A stretch of 64,000 bases of DNA from Candidatus Falkowbacteria bacterium (GCA_963774955.1 CAVZGV010000003.1:320771-384770), one strand, 5' to 3'; positions 45,296-54,966 are shown, numbered from the stretch's first letter. Program-made: numbers and translations. The notes: generated by a model not told the origin, from the letters alone.

Positions 45296-46418
45296 GAAAA
45301 CGCTCTTTGTCATACCGGGTAAATGGTACCCAAACTGGTTGGTGAAAAGACAAAATTTCTGTTAAGGTTAGATTAAAATTGATACTTAATATTAAACTGG
45401 TTCAATATTATGAAAAAAAACTTGTCCAGATTGCTCCTCTAATAATGTAATTTTTTATGGCCAAAATGATTGCGGACGGCAAAGATTCAAGTGCGGGAAG
45501 TGCAATCGACTGTTTATTTTCCGCAATGCAAAGAATAAATTGAACCGCCAACTTAAATGGTTTAAATTATGGATAGCCGAAGGATATTCAGTCAGGCAAA
45601 TTTCGGGAATTAGCCACCACAGCAGGAAAACAATTAAGGGAATAATCAGTTATTGGCTCGCAAAATTACCGAGCCCTTTAAACGTACAAACCGGAATAAA
45701 ATATCTGCTTTTTGATGGTACATATTTCCACCGCATGAATTGCTTAATGCTGGCAATGAATAATGCCAATGGCCAAATCATCACAAATAGGTATTTAAGG
45801 CGTGAAAATTACTTTGCCGCCCTTGAGCTGTTCAAGGAGCTGTCAGATAAAGGAATCAAGCCTACAGCCATTACAATTGACGGTAATACTAGCGTAATTA
45901 GAGCCTTAAAGGACGCATGGCCGAATATCGTAATACAGCGCTGTATCGTTCATATCCAGAGGCAGGGATTATTTTGGTTAAGAATGCGTCCTAAACTGGA
46001 GCCATCGATACAATTACGCAAGATATTACTGGCGGTAACAAACATTAACAATTATCCGGAAAAACATAAATTTATTTCAGATTTTCATAAGTGGGAAAGA
46101 AAATTCGGCAAAGCGGTTTCAAGACTCGACTGTAACCACAAAGTCTTTAGTGATTTGCAAAGAACTAGAAGCTTAGTAATTCATGCCTTGCCCGACATGT
46201 TCCATTATTTAGATAATCCGAATATCGCCAAATCAACGAATAAACTTGAAGGATATTTTTCTCGTTTAAAAAGATTGTATCGCCAGCATTCAGGATTAAG
46301 CAAAGATAACAGAAACAATTACTTTAGCTGGTATATTCATTTCAAAAATCATTAATTCACCAACCAGGTTGGACCCCTTATACCCGAAATGACAAAAGAC
46401 AAAGGGCGTTTTCGCTCC
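45296..46418. mobile_element. IS1595-family-like insertion sequence (~1.1 kb); presumed autonomous parent of the MITE family.
   Basis: Imperfect ~45-bp TIRs: left gaaaacgctctttgtcataccgggtaaatggtacccaaactggttgg; the reverse complement of the right end is gagcgaaaacgccctttgtcttttgtcatttcggg..ccaacctggttgg. The ends match the MITE termini. Confidence 0.75.
45410..46355 (+). CDS. IS1595-like transposase (N-terminal zinc ribbon + DDE domain), with a frame break at an A8 run.
   Basis: The zinc ribbon CPDCSSNNVIFYGQNDCGRQRFKCGKCNRLF (45423-45515) is in frame with the ORF 45540..46355 but lacks an ATG. The ATG at 45410 (MKK) is one frame off across tgAAAAAAAAc. C-terminal ..TNKLEGYFSRLKRLYRQHSGLSKDNRNNYFSWYIHFKN is IS1595-like. 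Confidence 0.65.
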
Positions 46419-46428
46419 AATTTCATAT

Positions 46429-47583
46429 ATGCCCAAAGAAAAAGGACAACAAGATGCAGAAGCGCAGGACTTGGCTATGGCCAGGCGGGTTTTGGGTCAG
46501 GCTAAGGAATTGGATTTGACTGAACAGGAGAAAACAGAGCTAATGGAATTGATTAGTCAGGCCAAGGAAAAAGAAAATGCTAATAATTTGGCCGCAGCCA
46601 TAAAATTATACGGGCAGGCTAGGGACTTTATAAAAAATATTAAGGAGAAAAGTAATTACGATAAATTTGAGTGCTTGCAGTCCTGGGAAGCTCATAAGGG
46701 CGTTGCCTGGTCAGTTTTGTTAAGTTCTGACCAAAAGAAATTAATTTCCTGCGGCAGTGATAAGGCTGTCAGAGTTTGGGATAGAAAAACCGGTCAATGC
46801 GATAAAAGTTTAGAAATGCCGGAAGGTCATTGGGGTATTGTCAGGAGATTAAGACCAAGCAAAGACGGTGAACATTTTTATTCTGTCAGTAATGATGGTT
46901 CCTGTAAAATGTGGGATCAAAAAAACTGGCAGTGTGAAAAAACTTTTGAGCCAAACGAAGAAAATCAGCCAGTGTGCACGGACGTTATTGAATTGGATGA
47001 TAATATTTTAATTTCAACCCATCTTTCTCTTAAAATAAAATTATGGTCTAAAAAAAGCGAAGCTAATTCGGTTAGAGGATTGTTTGGAGTTAACGAGGTC
47101 TATGGAGGTATTAAAATAGGAGAAGATTTACTGGCATTATCAACAGATAGGGGGGTGGTAATTTATGACTTAGAAGCTCGTGGAGTTCCAAATATTTTAA
47201 ATAATGTTGCCTCGCAGGAAACAGCTATCTTAGAAAGTGCTGATAAAAAATATTTATTTGTTGGCGCTCCTATAATTAAACCCAAGGGTGAGGGCAATTT
47301 TGATTTGCAGATTTGGGATAAAGACGGCTGGGATCTAATTGCTTCTTTGCCCGGTCACGAAGATATTATCAGAAGTATTGTTCAAACCCGAGATGGAAAA
47401 CATTTGATTACCTGCAGCGATGACAAAACAGTTAAAGTCTGGGATATTGAACAAGAAAAATGCATAAAAACTTTTGACATGGAAGATCATGAACCCAGAT
47501 GTGTTATTGAAGCTGAAAATGGAGACATTATAACTACCGGCAGGGACGGAAAAATAAAGATTTGGGGAATAAAAGAAAAATAA
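46429..47583 (+). CDS. Family member 1: conserved N-terminal module + WD40 beta-propeller.
   Basis: N-terminus ..AQDLAMARRVLGQAKELDLTEQEKTELMELISQAKE..; WD40 repeats (..FECLQSWEAHKGVAWSV.., ..CGSDKAVRVWD.., ..DDKTVKVWD..). Confidence 0.8.
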   Translation: MPKEKGQQDAEAQDLAMARRVLGQAKELDLTEQEKTELMELISQAKEKENANNLAAAIKLYGQARDFIKNIKEKSNYDKFECLQSWEAHKGVAWSVLLSSDQKKLISCGSDKAVRVWDRKTGQCDKSLEMPEGHWGIVRRLRPSKDGEHFYSVSNDGSCKMWDQKNWQCEKTFEPNEENQPVCTDVIELDDNILISTHLSLKIKLWSKKSEANSVRGLFGVNEVYGGIKIGEDLLALSTDRGVVIYDLEARGVPNILNNVASQETAILESADKKYLFVGAPIIKPKGEGNFDLQIWDKDGWDLIASLPGHEDIIRSIVQTRDGKHLITCSDDKTVKVWDIEQEKCIKTFDMEDHEPRCVIEAENGDIITTGRDGKIKIWGIKEK

Positions 47584-47584
47584 T

Positions 47585-48820
47585 ATGAAAAAAAATATTG
47601 AACAACCCAAAGATGAGGTGCAGGAACTGGCCATGGCCAGGCAGGCTTTGGATAAGGTTAAGGAACTGGATTTGACTCCTGAGGAAAAAGAAAAAGTGAT
47701 GGCTATGATTGATAAGGCCAAGGAGCATGAACAGAACAAGGAGCTGTCAAAAGCCCTGAATGTATATAACGAACTTCTGCGGTTATTGAAAAACAAAGAA
47801 AATATCGGCAATTTAGAAAAGTTAGTTAAATATGGTGACTTTGAGATTTTGTATTCGCAGGCGCAGGTATTATTTGCCTTGGAGGAAGAGATTGCCAAAG
47901 TTAAGAATAGTGTTGATCCGCTGGTCCATTATTCAGAATTGGTAATCAGGCAAATACTTATCGATAAAGGGCTTAAAGTTGAAGCCGGAAATGTAATAAA
48001 ATTAAACGTTAGTCATCTTGACATAGCAACTTTGCCGGACTTAAAATCCTTAGAAAAACTGGAAGATTTAAACTGTTCGTATAATAAGTTATCTGTATTG
48101 CCAGAGTTAAAGACGTTATCAAAAATTAAAATAATAAATTGTTCTTGTAATCAGTTATCTGAATTACCGGATTTAAGCGCCTTAAAAAATCTTGATACTT
48201 TGTTTTGTGACTCAAATCATCTCACTGTAATGCAGGATCTAAGCGCTTTAATTAATCTTAAACGATTAAATTTAAGTATTAATTATTTTAGTGGTTTACC
48301 TGACTTGAGCCACTTGACTAAACTGGAATTTTTGGACTGTTCAAGGAATGAATTAATTTATTTGCCCGATCTTAAAGCCTTAAAAAAACTGGAACATTTA
48401 GAATGTAATAACTGCGAATTGGTAGGCTTGCCGGATTTTGAAGATTTAAAAAAAATAAGAATATTAAGCTGCAGTCACAATCTTTTGTCTTTCATCCCTG
48501 GCCTTAGTAAATTGGAAGATATTGAAGATTTGGATTGTTCAAATAATCTGATATTAAATCTTGACGACGTTAGTTCCTTGGAAACGCTTGTTAAGCTACA
48601 GATTGAAAATAATAAAATAACTAGTTTGCCTGATTTATCCAGGCTGGATCAACTGGAAGTTTTAAATTGTTCTCGAAATAAATTATCCATCTTGCCCAGA
48701 GATTTAGTCGGGTTAGAAGATCTTAAAGAAGTTTGGCTGGGAGGCTGTATAGTGAATAGGACTGAAACTGAGGAAGAATTTGAGGAAATTTTACCGGCAG
48801 GATGTGAAATATATTGGTAG
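47585..48820 (+). CDS. Family member 2: conserved N-terminal module + leucine-rich repeat domain.
   Basis: ..VQELAMARQALDKVKELDLTPEEKEKVMAMIDKAKE..; ~13 LRRs of type LxxLxxLxxLxCSxNxLSxLPDL. Confidence 0.8.
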   Translation: MKKNIEQPKDEVQELAMARQALDKVKELDLTPEEKEKVMAMIDKAKEHEQNKELSKALNVYNELLRLLKNKENIGNLEKLVKYGDFEILYSQAQVLFALEEEIAKVKNSVDPLVHYSELVIRQILIDKGLKVEAGNVIKLNVSHLDIATLPDLKSLEKLEDLNCSYNKLSVLPELKTLSKIKIINCSCNQLSELPDLSALKNLDTLFCDSNHLTVMQDLSALINLKRLNLSINYFSGLPDLSHLTKLEFLDCSRNELIYLPDLKALKKLEHLECNNCELVGLPDFEDLKKIRILSCSHNLLSFIPGLSKLEDIEDLDCSNNLILNLDDVSSLETLVKLQIENNKITSLPDLSRLDQLEVLNCSRNKLSILPRDLVGLEDLKEVWLGGCIVNRTETEEEFEEILPAGCEIYW

Positions 48821-48890
48821 TTTGGAAAAAAGTACGAGCCGCGGAGCGGCATTCCGCTGCGTGGAAAAGTCCGAATTTATAATAATTTTT

Positions 48891-50261
48891 ATGCCCAAAG
48901 AAAAAATACAAGCAGATAAAATTGAAGCTCAGGAACTGGCCATGGCCAGGCGGGTTTTGGGTACTGTTAAGGAATTGCCGATGTCTGAGGCTGAAAAGGC
49001 CAAGCTTATGGAATTGATTGATCAGGCAAAGCAATTGGAAACAGAAAATAAGTTGCATCAGGCCATTGTGGTTTATAATCAGGCAGCCGGTCTGATGCGG
49101 AAAATTAAAGCCAGAAATGAAAATCAGGTTAGAACCAATCCCAAGGAATCGTGGGACTGGCAGGTCGGAGAAAAATTATTGTTGGATGACGAAGGATTTA
49201 TTGGCCCAAAAGGCTTTGCTCAATTTGATACCGCGGTATTTACTACGGACGGAGAAACTGTTTTGTGTGAAGTAAGCGACCAATTCATCAATTGGCTGGC
49301 AAAGAATGGTAAAACAGCTGCTGAAACAGTCTTTAAAAGTAAACAACTTGTAGCCAGTAATGATGGGCAGCATTTTGCCGCATTAGTTTTGAATACTGCA
49401 GACGGCGATGAAGACTTTTATGAGGTCGTCACAGATAAAGGCAAAGGGATATATAAATCTTCTGAAGCTTGCAAAAAATTGATGTTCAGTCCTGACGGAG
49501 AAAAATTAGCAGTCTTTGTGAAGGATGAGGTTTCCAGCCCCAGTGACCAGTATTATAAAATTGTTGAAAACGGCCAATTGCTTTTTCCCTGGATTTATGG
49601 CGATCCTTCAGACCCCAAAGATTATCGCTTGAAAGATATAATCTATAGTCCTGATAGTCAGAAACGAGCAGCTATCATTCATGGGCTTGGCAGTGACTTC
49701 AGTGATGCAAATGAGGTTTCAGAGAGTATTGTAGTAGATGGCGATAAAAAGTGGCAACCACAAGCAGCGACTTTGAAATGGCCGGTTTATAGCCCTGATG
49801 GTGAAAAACTGGCAGTAGTAGACCGTGAAGGTCAGATTATGGTTAATGAAAAATATATTGAAATTCTTTCCGGGAAAAAAGCCCTGAGTCCGCCGGTTTT
49901 TAGCCCCAATGGAGAAAAGATCGCTTATGTTGTTAGCCTGGACCCGAGAAAAACAAGTTTTACTTTAGCTGAGGATGATAAAATCAAATGGGAACATTCC
50001 ATGTTTAAAGAAATACGCGATTTTGTTTATAGTGATGACGGACAAAGCATTGCAGCTGTGGTAATAAATCCAAGCGAGGAAGCAAACGAAATTAAAATTG
50101 CGGTCAACGGTATTAATATTGATGACGATGAATATATTAATGTTAAACATTTAACCTTCAGTCCTGATGGACAAAAGATTATGTATGTGGGACAAAAAGA
50201 CGACGGTAAATATTTTCGGATTGTCAAAGATGTCAGTGATTATGCAAAAATTCAGACATAA
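48891..50261 (+). CDS. Family member 3: conserved N-terminal module + PD40/TolB-like beta-propeller.
   Basis: ..AQELAMARRVLGTVKELPMSEAEKAKLMELIDQAKQ..; six (F/Y)SPDG(E/Q)K(L/I)A blades. The ORF extends upstream to 48780; start taken at MPKEKIQ. Confidence 0.75.
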   Translation: MPKEKIQADKIEAQELAMARRVLGTVKELPMSEAEKAKLMELIDQAKQLETENKLHQAIVVYNQAAGLMRKIKARNENQVRTNPKESWDWQVGEKLLLDDEGFIGPKGFAQFDTAVFTTDGETVLCEVSDQFINWLAKNGKTAAETVFKSKQLVASNDGQHFAALVLNTADGDEDFYEVVTDKGKGIYKSSEACKKLMFSPDGEKLAVFVKDEVSSPSDQYYKIVENGQLLFPWIYGDPSDPKDYRLKDIIYSPDSQKRAAIIHGLGSDFSDANEVSESIVVDGDKKWQPQAATLKWPVYSPDGEKLAVVDREGQIMVNEKYIEILSGKKALSPPVFSPNGEKIAYVVSLDPRKTSFTLAEDDKIKWEHSMFKEIRDFVYSDDGQSIAAVVINPSEEANEIKIAVNGINIDDDEYINVKHLTFSPDGQKIMYVGQKDDGKYFRIVKDVSDYAKIQT

Positions 50262-50266
50262 ATATA

Positions 50267-51241
50267 TTGGATAAATTTATGCGCCAAGAAAAAATACAAT
50301 CAAAAAGTGAACAGCAACAGGCACTGGCCATGGCCAGGCGGGTTTTGGGTCAGGCTAAGGAAATGAAATTGAATTCTGACCAGCATAAAAAAATGATGGG
50401 AATGATAGACAAAGCTCGAGGTTTTGAAGTCACAGGGGAGACACAAAAGGCTTTGCACGTATATTTGGCTTTGAAAACTTATTTAGAAGAAATTAAGAAT
50501 GGTCCCAAATTTACTTTCAGCGGAGTAGCTGATAGAACAAAAGATAATCATGAGGTGCTGTTATTTTTTGATGAAGAATTGGAAAAATCTAAGGCTTTTT
50601 ATGAGAATGAAGGGGTTGATTGGGTGGAATTCCCTGAGCAAATTATAATTACCCAGAGTCAAGAAGCCGAGATGAAACGTTGTATCAGAGAGTTTAGTTT
50701 TAATAAAATTATGATCATACCTGCTGGCTTGGCTGTTGATGCTGATGAAATGAATATACTTCATAGTTTAATGGGCAGACTATACCCGCCGACTAAATAT
50801 AATCCCAATTATACAAAATATGCAGGTACTAAAATTTTAGAAAAAAGGCAAAATTTGCGAATTGTTTTATATCGCAATCAGAAAGGTTTGGATGACTTGT
50901 ATCTGCAAACCAGGGGCAAATCTGCCGAAGAATTAATGGCCCCAGGTGGCTTAATGGATACTTTAGGGTTGGAAGGACTTTCTGAAGCTGAATTTTTAGT
51001 GCTACAACATCAGCATTTTTTGGATTTTCCTGCAGATTATATGTATATGGGAGATGAGGTTATGCTTTTAGGAAGTAATTTTATGAAAACTGACGAGGGG
51101 CATGAAATGGCAGTCAGCGCTTATTGGGATCTTTCAGGCACTCATTCACCCAAAGGATTAGTATTTGATGGCCGGCCTAAAAATATGCTTGGTTCCGGTG
51201 TCGGATGTCCGTTGGTTAAGACTTTTGAAATTAAGGATTAA
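50267..51241 (+). CDS. Family member 4: conserved N-terminal module + uncharacterised alpha/beta C-terminal domain.
   Basis: ..QQALAMARRVLGQAKEMKLNSDQHKKMMGMIDKAR..; the likely start is the Met at 50279 (MRQEKIQ). Confidence 0.7.
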   Translation: MDKFMRQEKIQSKSEQQQALAMARRVLGQAKEMKLNSDQHKKMMGMIDKARGFEVTGETQKALHVYLALKTYLEEIKNGPKFTFSGVADRTKDNHEVLLFFDEELEKSKAFYENEGVDWVEFPEQIIITQSQEAEMKRCIREFSFNKIMIIPAGLAVDADEMNILHSLMGRLYPPTKYNPNYTKYAGTKILEKRQNLRIVLYRNQKGLDDLYLQTRGKSAEELMAPGGLMDTLGLEGLSEAEFLVLQHQHFLDFPADYMYMGDEVMLLGSNFMKTDEGHEMAVSAYWDLSGTHSPKGLVFDGRPKNMLGSGVGCPLVKTFEIKD

Positions 51242-51248
51242 GGCTGAA

Positions 51249-51353
51249 GGGCGAAAACGCCCTTTGTCATTCTGAGGAACCGAAGAATCTGTGAGACACA
51301 GATCCTTCGCTACGCTCAGGATGACAGTGAACCGACAAAGGGCGTTTTCGCCC
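51249..51353. mobile_element. MITE copy 6 (~93% identical to copy 1).
   Basis: gggcgaaaacgccctttgtcattctgaggaaccgaagaatctgtgagacacagatccttcgctacgctcaggatgacagtgaaccgacaaagggcgttttcgccc. Confidence 0.85.
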
Positions 51354-51364
51354 AGATAAGAAAT

Positions 51365-52513
51365 ATGCTAAAAGAAAAAATACAACCTAAAAATGAATCA
51401 GCGCAGGCCTTGGAGATGGCCCGATTTGCTTTGGGTCGGGTCAAGGAGATGGATTTATCTGAGCAAGAGAAAGAAAAACTAATGGAATTAATTAGCCAGG
51501 CTAAAGCTAAAGAACTAAATAATGAATTGGGAGCGGCTTTAAAATTATATATCCAAGCCAAGGATTTTTTAAATAATATAAAAAAACAAAGTAAGTACGA
51601 TAAGTTCGAATGTTTACAGACGCTTGAAGGCCATGAAGACAGGGTAAATGCTGTTTTGGAAACAAGGGATGCTAAATATATTATTTCCGGCGGTTCAGAT
51701 AATAATATTATTGTTCGGGACAGGAATAGCGGCCAGCAGATTGAAATTTTAAAGGAACATAAAGGACTTATTCACGCGCTTAAAGAAACAGAAGACGGCC
51801 AATATATACTATCAACCAGTTATGACGGAACCATTAAAATGTGGGATAAAGAAACCTGGGAATGTGTTCAGACGTTTATCAGGAAAGAAGAACGCGACCG
51901 CGATAAGGTTGTTATGGATGTGGTTGAAATAGATGATCAGACTTTGGCTTCTATTAGTAATGCGGTTATTACAATCTGGGATAAGGAAACAGGGGAAGAA
52001 AAAGAAAGTCTTTATCCTGAAGGTATGGCAGGTACTTTTTATAGTCTTGAAAAAATTGCCAACAAAGAGTCATTACTTATAACAAGTGATCTGATCACCA
52101 GAATTTATAGCTTAACATCGAATGACTGGGATCTGGGTTTTGGCGAAGATACAAAAGGAAGTTCTGTAGCTAAGGAAAGTAATGACCATAAATTTATTTT
52201 TTATGTGACCTCTTATAATGCTGCCGAGCCTTACAAAATTCGAATGTGGAATCAGGATACCTGGGATGTTGAGGCTGAGTTTAAGGGGCACCAGAAAGAT
52301 GTTAAGGGAATGCTTCAGACTAAGGACGGCAAGCATTTAATCACCCTTGCCAATGACAAGACAATCAGGGTCTGGGATATTGCCACTCAGGAATGCCTTA
52401 AAGTTTTTGAACTGGATGATTTTGTTCCGACTTGCATCGCGGAATCTGCCAATGGTGACATTATTGTCGGCGGAGCAGACAAAACTATTAAAATTTTTGG
52501 TCAAAAAAAGTAA
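51365..52513 (+). CDS. Family member 5: conserved N-terminal module + WD40 beta-propeller (closest paralog of member 1).
   Basis: ..AQALEMARFALGRVKEMDLSEQEKEKLMELISQAKA..; ..FECLQTLEGHEDRVNAV.., ..NDKTIRVWD.. Confidence 0.8.
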   Translation: MLKEKIQPKNESAQALEMARFALGRVKEMDLSEQEKEKLMELISQAKAKELNNELGAALKLYIQAKDFLNNIKKQSKYDKFECLQTLEGHEDRVNAVLETRDAKYIISGGSDNNIIVRDRNSGQQIEILKEHKGLIHALKETEDGQYILSTSYDGTIKMWDKETWECVQTFIRKEERDRDKVVMDVVEIDDQTLASISNAVITIWDKETGEEKESLYPEGMAGTFYSLEKIANKESLLITSDLITRIYSLTSNDWDLGFGEDTKGSSVAKESNDHKFIFYVTSYNAAEPYKIRMWNQDTWDVEAEFKGHQKDVKGMLQTKDGKHLITLANDKTIRVWDIATQECLKVFELDDFVPTCIAESANGDIIVGGADKTIKIFGQKK

Positions 52514-52523
52514 CTATATAATT

Positions 52524-53582
52524 ATGTCTGAAAAAATTAAATCACAACAAACTAGGGAAAAATCATCTTTGGAAATGGCTAGAGCTACATTGGGCCGAGT
52601 CAAGGAGATGGATCTGACGCCGGAGCAAAAGGAAAAAATGATGCAGATGATTGACATTGCTAATCAGCATGAACAGGCAGGGGATAAGTCCAAGGCTTTA
52701 ATTGCCTACAATGAATTAAAAAAGTTTTTAGAGGAAATTTCCAAGCCGGATGAGGTTATTGATTACAATGGTTTGAGGATAAAAAAATCACAAGCTAAAT
52801 TTTTAGAAGATTTAGCTCGACAAAAGGCTGGATTTTTTAATACAAATGCTTATGAACAGTTTAGAGATGATGTAGTTAAGTTTGTTAAAGAGGTTGATGA
52901 TGATGGCAATATTTTGGCAATTGATTGCACTGGCCAGAATTTAATAGCCTTGCCAGAGTTACCGCCTAATTTAGAAAAATTAAATTGTTCCATGAATAGT
53001 AATCTTACTTCTTTACCACCTTTGCCTGACAGTTTGATTGAACTTGATATTTTGCAGTGTCAAATCGATGTTTTGCCTGAATTGCCAAAAGGATTGAAAA
53101 AACTTGATTGTACAGATACTGATATAACCAAATTACCATCTTTACCCCCGAATTTAGAATTTTTACATTGTGGCCAAAATCTGGGATTAAAATTTGATCC
53201 AGAAGAACCTTTACCGGCAAGTTTGATAGATTTTAACTGTTGGAATTGTAATTTAGATAAACTTCCTGATTTGCCCAAAGGTTTGAAAACATTAGACTGT
53301 CGATCCAATCGACTTACGGAGTTGCCGACCCTACCTGAAACTCTGGATGCTTTAATAGTAGATGGAAATATATTTTTTGAGTTGCCGTCATTGCCCAAAA
53401 ATATCAGAGTTATTTTTTGCAATAAAAGTCATTTGACAGATTTACCCCCGTTACCTAAAAATTTGCAAGCTTTGTATGCAGATCAGAATGCTTTTAGCCA
53501 AAAGACTATCGATGCCATTAAAGCCCATCCTAATTTTGACCCTGAAAATTTTAAATTTAAAAATCTGGAAGATTTTGTTTAA
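52524..53582 (+). CDS. Family member 6: conserved N-terminal module + YopM/IpaH-type LPX leucine-rich repeats.
   Basis: ..SSLEMARATLGRVKEMDLTPEQKEKMMQMIDIAN..; 20-22-aa repeats L(T/P)xLPxLPxxLxxLxCxxNx (..LIALPELPPNLEKLNCSMNSNLTSLPPLPDSLIELD..LPELPKGLKKLDC..). Confidence 0.8.
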   Translation: MSEKIKSQQTREKSSLEMARATLGRVKEMDLTPEQKEKMMQMIDIANQHEQAGDKSKALIAYNELKKFLEEISKPDEVIDYNGLRIKKSQAKFLEDLARQKAGFFNTNAYEQFRDDVVKFVKEVDDDGNILAIDCTGQNLIALPELPPNLEKLNCSMNSNLTSLPPLPDSLIELDILQCQIDVLPELPKGLKKLDCTDTDITKLPSLPPNLEFLHCGQNLGLKFDPEEPLPASLIDFNCWNCNLDKLPDLPKGLKTLDCRSNRLTELPTLPETLDALIVDGNIFFELPSLPKNIRVIFCNKSHLTDLPPLPKNLQALYADQNAFSQKTIDAIKAHPNFDPENFKFKNLEDFV

Positions 53583-53631
53583 TAAGTAATTGGTAATTTG
53601 TAATTAGTAAAAAGAAAATATTATTTTAAAT

Positions 53632-54465
53632 ATGATCATTGATTCTCACGCCCATATTACATTCAAAGAGTATGCCAAGGATTTACAGGACGTTATTAAA
53701 CGTTCTTTTGAGGTTGGCGTACAAATAATCAATGCCAGTAATAGTTTAGAGACAAGCAGGCAGGCAGTTGAACTGGCTGAAAAATATGACAATATGTGGG
53801 CGGTTGTGGGTTGTCATCCGGATGATTTGGAGGAAAATTTGTCCGCCAGAGGCGGATCCGCCCATGGCGGAGATATTGAAAAATATAGGCAGTTGGCGCA
53901 GTCAAGCAAAAAGGTTGTCGGCATTGGGGAAGTGGGGTTGGATTATTATCGCTTAGCAGAAAATGGTAAAGACACAAAAGCTTATCAAAAAGAAATTTTT
54001 ATGCAGTTTATTGATTTGGCGCAGGAACTTGATTTGCCCCTGGTTTTGCATTGCCGGGGAGCGAAGGATGATCCCTATTGCGCCTACGACGAAATTCTTG
54101 ATTTCCTAAAATCTAAAACCCAAAATCCTAAATCTGAAAGCCGTGGTGTCATTCATTGTTTCGGCGGTAATTTGGAACAGGCAAACAAGTTTTTAGATTT
54201 AGGTTTTTACATAGGCATTACCGGTATTGTGACTTTCAAAAATGCCAAGGAACTGCAGGCCATTGTTAAAGAAGTTCCTTTAGATAAAATTTTAATTGAA
54301 ACAGATGCGCCGTTTTTAGCTCCAGAGCCGTATCGCGGGCAAAGGAATGAACCGAGTTATGTAAAATATGTTTGTCAGAAAATTGCGGATTTGAAAGGAT
54401 TATCTTTTGAGGAAGTAGAATCTGCGACTTATAAAAATACCTGTAGGTTATTCAATCTTAAATAA
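53632..54465 (+). CDS. tatD: TatD-family metal-dependent DNase/hydrolase.
   Basis: MIIDSHAHI.., ..GEVGLDYY.., ..LPLVLHCR.., ..GIVTF.., ..ETDAPFL.. Confidence 0.8.
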   Translation: MIIDSHAHITFKEYAKDLQDVIKRSFEVGVQIINASNSLETSRQAVELAEKYDNMWAVVGCHPDDLEENLSARGGSAHGGDIEKYRQLAQSSKKVVGIGEVGLDYYRLAENGKDTKAYQKEIFMQFIDLAQELDLPLVLHCRGAKDDPYCAYDEILDFLKSKTQNPKSESRGVIHCFGGNLEQANKFLDLGFYIGITGIVTFKNAKELQAIVKEVPLDKILIETDAPFLAPEPYRGQRNEPSYVKYVCQKIADLKGLSFEEVESATYKNTCRLFNLK

Positions 54466-54516
54466 TGAACTAATACTGCTAATTTGCTTCTAATCTACTA
54501 ATAATTCATTAAAATT

Positions 54517-54966
54517 ATGGCAAAATTTAGGGATGATTTATTGTATAAAGAGTTGAGTTTTCAAATAGTAGGCATAATGTTTAACGTTTATAATGAGCTG
54601 GGATATGGATATCAGGAGAAATACTATCAGAAAGCAATCGAAAGAGCGCTTGAGGAATCGGGTATCAAATACCGCGAACAAGTACCTTTCAGAATAATAT
54701 TCAAACAAAGAAATATAGGGATATATTATTTAGATTTTTTAATTGATGATAAGATAGTCGTTGAATTAAAAGTCGGTAAAAAATTTGCTAAGAAAGATTT
54801 TGATCAGGTTAAGGGATATTTACATGCCTCTAATAAAAAATTGGCACTACTAATTAATTTTACGCCCCTAGGAGTTAAATTTTTAAGAGTAATAAATTTC
54901 GAAGATAAAATAACAGAAACATCAGCTGAATTAAAATTAAATAATTTACGTAAATTATTTAATTAG
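54517..54966 (+). CDS. GxxExxY-family protein (PD-(D/E)XK-like).
   Basis: GYGYQEKYYQ (G..E..Y motif); ~150 aa. Confidence 0.6.
   Translation: MAKFRDDLLYKELSFQIVGIMFNVYNELGYGYQEKYYQKAIERALEESGIKYREQVPFRIIFKQRNIGIYYLDFLIDDKIVVELKVGKKFAKKDFDQVKGYLHASNKKLALLINFTPLGVKFLRVINFEDKITETSAELKLNNLRKLFN

Noticed and set aside
47335-47898. 187-aa minus-strand ORF spanning the member 1/member 2 junction.
   Set aside because: It is antisense to two well-supported paralog genes, Ser/Phe-rich low complexity, and has no RBS.
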